The notes beneath the pieces are model-generated. The model saw nothing but the letters and a program-made list of their open reading frames with translations. It ran no database searches and was not told where the DNA came from. A DNA stretch of 61,454 nt, counting the filler. It is 7 parts of 7 records of this genome, joined end to end, with 100 filler letters (N's around TTAATTAATTAA, not from the genome) between each part and the next. Parts side by side here need not be neighbours in the genome. Positions count along the whole stretch, not along the records: positions 54,235 to 61,454 come from SRR31156797_6150; 6 more parts are not named here. One strand, given 5' to 3'. Of this stretch, positions 59,116 through 61,454 are shown piece after piece; position 1 is the first letter of the stretch, and every line of letters starts with the position of its first letter. The position numbers and the translations under genes were made by a program.

Positions 59116-61017
59116 TTACTCCTTCTCTATACACATCAAGGTAAGGTCATCTAAAACAGGAAGGCCCTCCAAGAAGTCTTTTAAATCTCCAAATATATTT
59201 GTAACTACATCATGCGCACTTGCTCTGTAGTTTTCTTTCAACACATATTTTAACCTATCAGTTCCGTAGAACTCTTCATCTTTGTTTTGAGCTTCATTTA
59301 TTCCATCAGTATAAAGGAATAACTTATCACCTTTTTCCATTGTTATTTCAGCATCTTCAAAATTAAGTAATCCAGGGAAATCTTGCTCGGAGAATAAACC
59401 AAGCACTTGACTACTTCCTGGTAATTCATGAACTTCACCGCTTTTTTTCAAAAATAAAACCGGCTCTTGTGATGCTCTACAGTATCTAATTGTTCCTTTT
59501 GAATTATCAAGTATCATATAGAATAAACTTATAAACTTACCATCAGGAAAACTTACCGACACTTCTTCATTTAATTTTTTAAGTAGTTCACTTGGCTTTA
59601 CTCCCTCTTTTACGTGAGTAATCAAATGAACTTTAAACATTGTAGATAGAAGTGCTGCCGGGATTCCATGTCCTGATACATCAGCAAAAACAACTGCAAA
59701 TTCATCATCATTTAACTTGATAAAATCATAAAAATCTCCACCTATATCTTGCGACGGCTTATATTTAACCGAAAATTTATATCCTGGTAATGCAGGATAT
59801 TCTTGCGGTAATAAGTTTGATTGAATCTCAGAAGCCATTTTTAGTTCATCTTCAAGTTCAGAGTAAAGTTTATAAAGCTGTTTATTCTTTTTCTCCAATT
59901 CTTTTTCTCTAATTTGAAGCTCATGGAAAAGTCTTTGATTTTCCTTCATTAGCTTATTTTCTTTATCAACTTTTTTAAGAATATAGATTAGCTCTTCTTT
60001 TTTAAATGGTTTATTTAAAAAATCTGAGGCCCCTAGTCTTATTGCTTTTACTGCTAAATTAACATCAGTTTCTGTTGTCAACATAACTGTAGGGATATTT
60101 TTTTCTTTTGGATTAAATGCTTCAATAAACTCTAAACCGTTCATTACAGGCATTTCATAATCCACCAGAATAATATCAGGCGGATTTTTAGACAATTCTT
60201 TTAATGCAACCGGAGGTTCACCATATGTAATTGTCTTAAAACCTTCTTCCTCTAAAACAGTAGAAATTAAAGCTCTCATAAATCTGGCATCATCAATTAT
60301 TGCTACTCTAATTTTTTCCTCGTGTTCACTAACACTCAAAATCTCAGATATATCATCATAAGTTTCAAGATATTTTTCAAGTTTTACTAAACTAATTAGT
60401 TTCTTAATTCTTTGAGATTTAATAACAAATTTAACTTCTCCGTTAATCTCATGTATTTTTTTTCTAATATAAATTAAAACTCCAAGTCCAACTGACTCCA
60501 TATAATTCAGTTTTGAGATATCTATAATAAACGATTTCTTATTTTCATTTATAAGTTTGTCTGTTGTAACTTTTAATTTGTATGAATTTTTAATATTTAG
60601 CTCAGAATTAATTTTAATTATCATCCATTTCTCTTCCTGAACTAACTCAAATTCAAGGTTCTCTTCTTTATCAAAAAACCTTTGAACAGCATCATAGATT
60701 ACTTTTATGTCTGTTCCTTTAACATAGACAATATCTGATACGCCCTTTTTAAAAGTTTCAACAATATCAGAATTACCCATGTTTTTTTCAAAGATAACTA
60801 TAGCAGGAATTTTAGAGATTTGCTCTTTCTTCCTTATCTGTTCAAGCTCCTCTAGCGATTGATCACCCATAAGTATAAGATCATAACCAGAGTCACTCCA
60901 ATTATTCAATTCTTCTTTTGTAACTATATCTGCTTCATATTCACCAGAATCAAATAGATTTCTGATCTCTCTTTCAAGAGGATGATTGTTCATTATTACT
61001 GCTATCTTCTTCATCAT
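59116..61017 (-). CDS. Fusion of degenerate REC, STAS, REC, coiled coil and PP2C/SpoIIE phosphatase domains
   Basis: IIDISKLNYMESVGLG (STAS); IIDD..DYEMPVMNG..KPF (REC); GGDFYD, DVSGHG, YTDG and DDLT (PP2C). Confidence 0.9.
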   Translation of the reverse strand: MMKKIAVIMNNHPLEREIRNLFDSGEYEADIVTKEELNNWSDSGYDLILMGDQSLEELEQIRKKEQISKIPAIVIFEKNMGNSDIVETFKKGVSDIVYVKGTDIKVIYDAVQRFFDKEENLEFELVQEEKWMIIKINSELNIKNSYKLKVTTDKLINENKKSFIIDISKLNYMESVGLGVLIYIRKKIHEINGEVKFVIKSQRIKKLISLVKLEKYLETYDDISEILSVSEHEEKIRVAIIDDARFMRALISTVLEEEGFKTITYGEPPVALKELSKNPPDIILVDYEMPVMNGLEFIEAFNPKEKNIPTVMLTTETDVNLAVKAIRLGASDFLNKPFKKEELIYILKKVDKENKLMKENQRLFHELQIREKELEKKNKQLYKLYSELEDELKMASEIQSNLLPQEYPALPGYKFSVKYKPSQDIGGDFYDFIKLNDDEFAVVFADVSGHGIPAALLSTMFKVHLITHVKEGVKPSELLKKLNEEVSVSFPDGKFISLFYMILDNSKGTIRYCRASQEPVLFLKKSGEVHELPGSSQVLGLFSEQDFPGLLNFEDAEITMEKGDKLFLYTDGINEAQNKDEEFYGTDRLKYVLKENYRASAHDVVTNIFGDLKDFLEGLPVLDDLTLMCIEKE

Positions 61018-61034
61018 ATCACCTTTTAGTTGTT

Positions 61035-61439
61035 TTATTTTATATTTCTTACAACGTTGGCAAGTACTCCGTTAATAAATTCAAATGATTTATTATCTCC
61101 ATATTTTTTTGCTAACTCAACAGCTTCATTTACAGCTATTTCTACTCCAACTTTTTTATTAACAAGTTCGTAAACAGAGAAAACAAGTAGTGCTTTTTCA
61201 ACATTTCCTAATCTGTCAAATGTCCAATTTTCCATATTTGCTTCTACAAGTTCAACCAATTCATCTTTTTTCGTTGAAATTTCAGATGCATACTCTCTTA
61301 TGAATTTTCTTTGTTGCTCAACAAGTTTTACATCCTCTCTTTCTAAATAATCCTTTAGTATTTCAGATGCTGACATTCCATTTATCTCTGCTTCAAAGAG
61401 TAACTTAAAAAGTTCCTCTCTCGCTAATCTTCTTCCCAT
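61035..61439 (-). CDS. nusB: Transcription antitermination factor NusB
   Basis: RRLARE, NEAVELAKKYG and FINGVL motifs. Confidence 0.95.
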   Translation of the reverse strand: MGRRLAREELFKLLFEAEINGMSASEILKDYLEREDVKLVEQQRKFIREYASEISTKKDELVELVEANMENWTFDRLGNVEKALLVFSVYELVNKKVGVEIAVNEAVELAKKYGDNKSFEFINGVLANVVRNIK

Positions 61440-61454
61440 TATTCCTGCCTTTCT

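Overview
The window is not one locus. It is seven unrelated contigs joined by 100-nt artificial spacers (N-run + TTAATTAATTAA + N-run), so adjacency across spacers means nothing. (1) 1-8359, deltaproteobacteria-like: long KamA-family radical SAM gene, TRAP transporter dctPQM, and a Fur/PerR regulator plus katG with a clear Fur/Per box. (2) 8460-17613, Bacteroidota-like: end of an [FeFe]-hydrogenase operon, a REP-like palindrome cluster, a channel-domain protein, and tandem Mn- and Fe-type SODs separated by a structured spacer. (3) 17714-23709, GC-rich, Planctomycetota-like: ankyrin, rhomboid, GNAT and a secreted LamG protein with a structured leader. (4) 23810-37776, a ~14-kb single-strand mobile element, possibly a circular plasmid broken in its repeat-containing rep gene. 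It has an S74-chaperone fibre protein, HTH/TetR/RHH regulators, a tyrosine recombinase and a cassette-like array of small, often acidic orphan genes. The array includes a recognisable AcrVA2/FinQ-like gene, a repeated 37-bp upstream motif, a repeated RBS/start junction and a 15-aa peptide duplicated with only synonymous changes. This is the best candidate for an undescribed anti-defence system. (5) 37877-44417, Bacteroidota-like: tRNA 3' end, GT-C glycosyltransferase, pbpC, heptamer repeats, Nudix, HIT. (6) 44518-54134, Bacteroidota polysaccharide utilisation locus: SusD, two GH78 genes and a partial GH3-like gene. (7) 54235-61454, low GC: nusB, a REC-STAS-REC-PP2C fusion, bioB, bioF, comM-like ATPase and alr. 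Taxonomic labels and family calls come from manual motif recognition; no searches were run.
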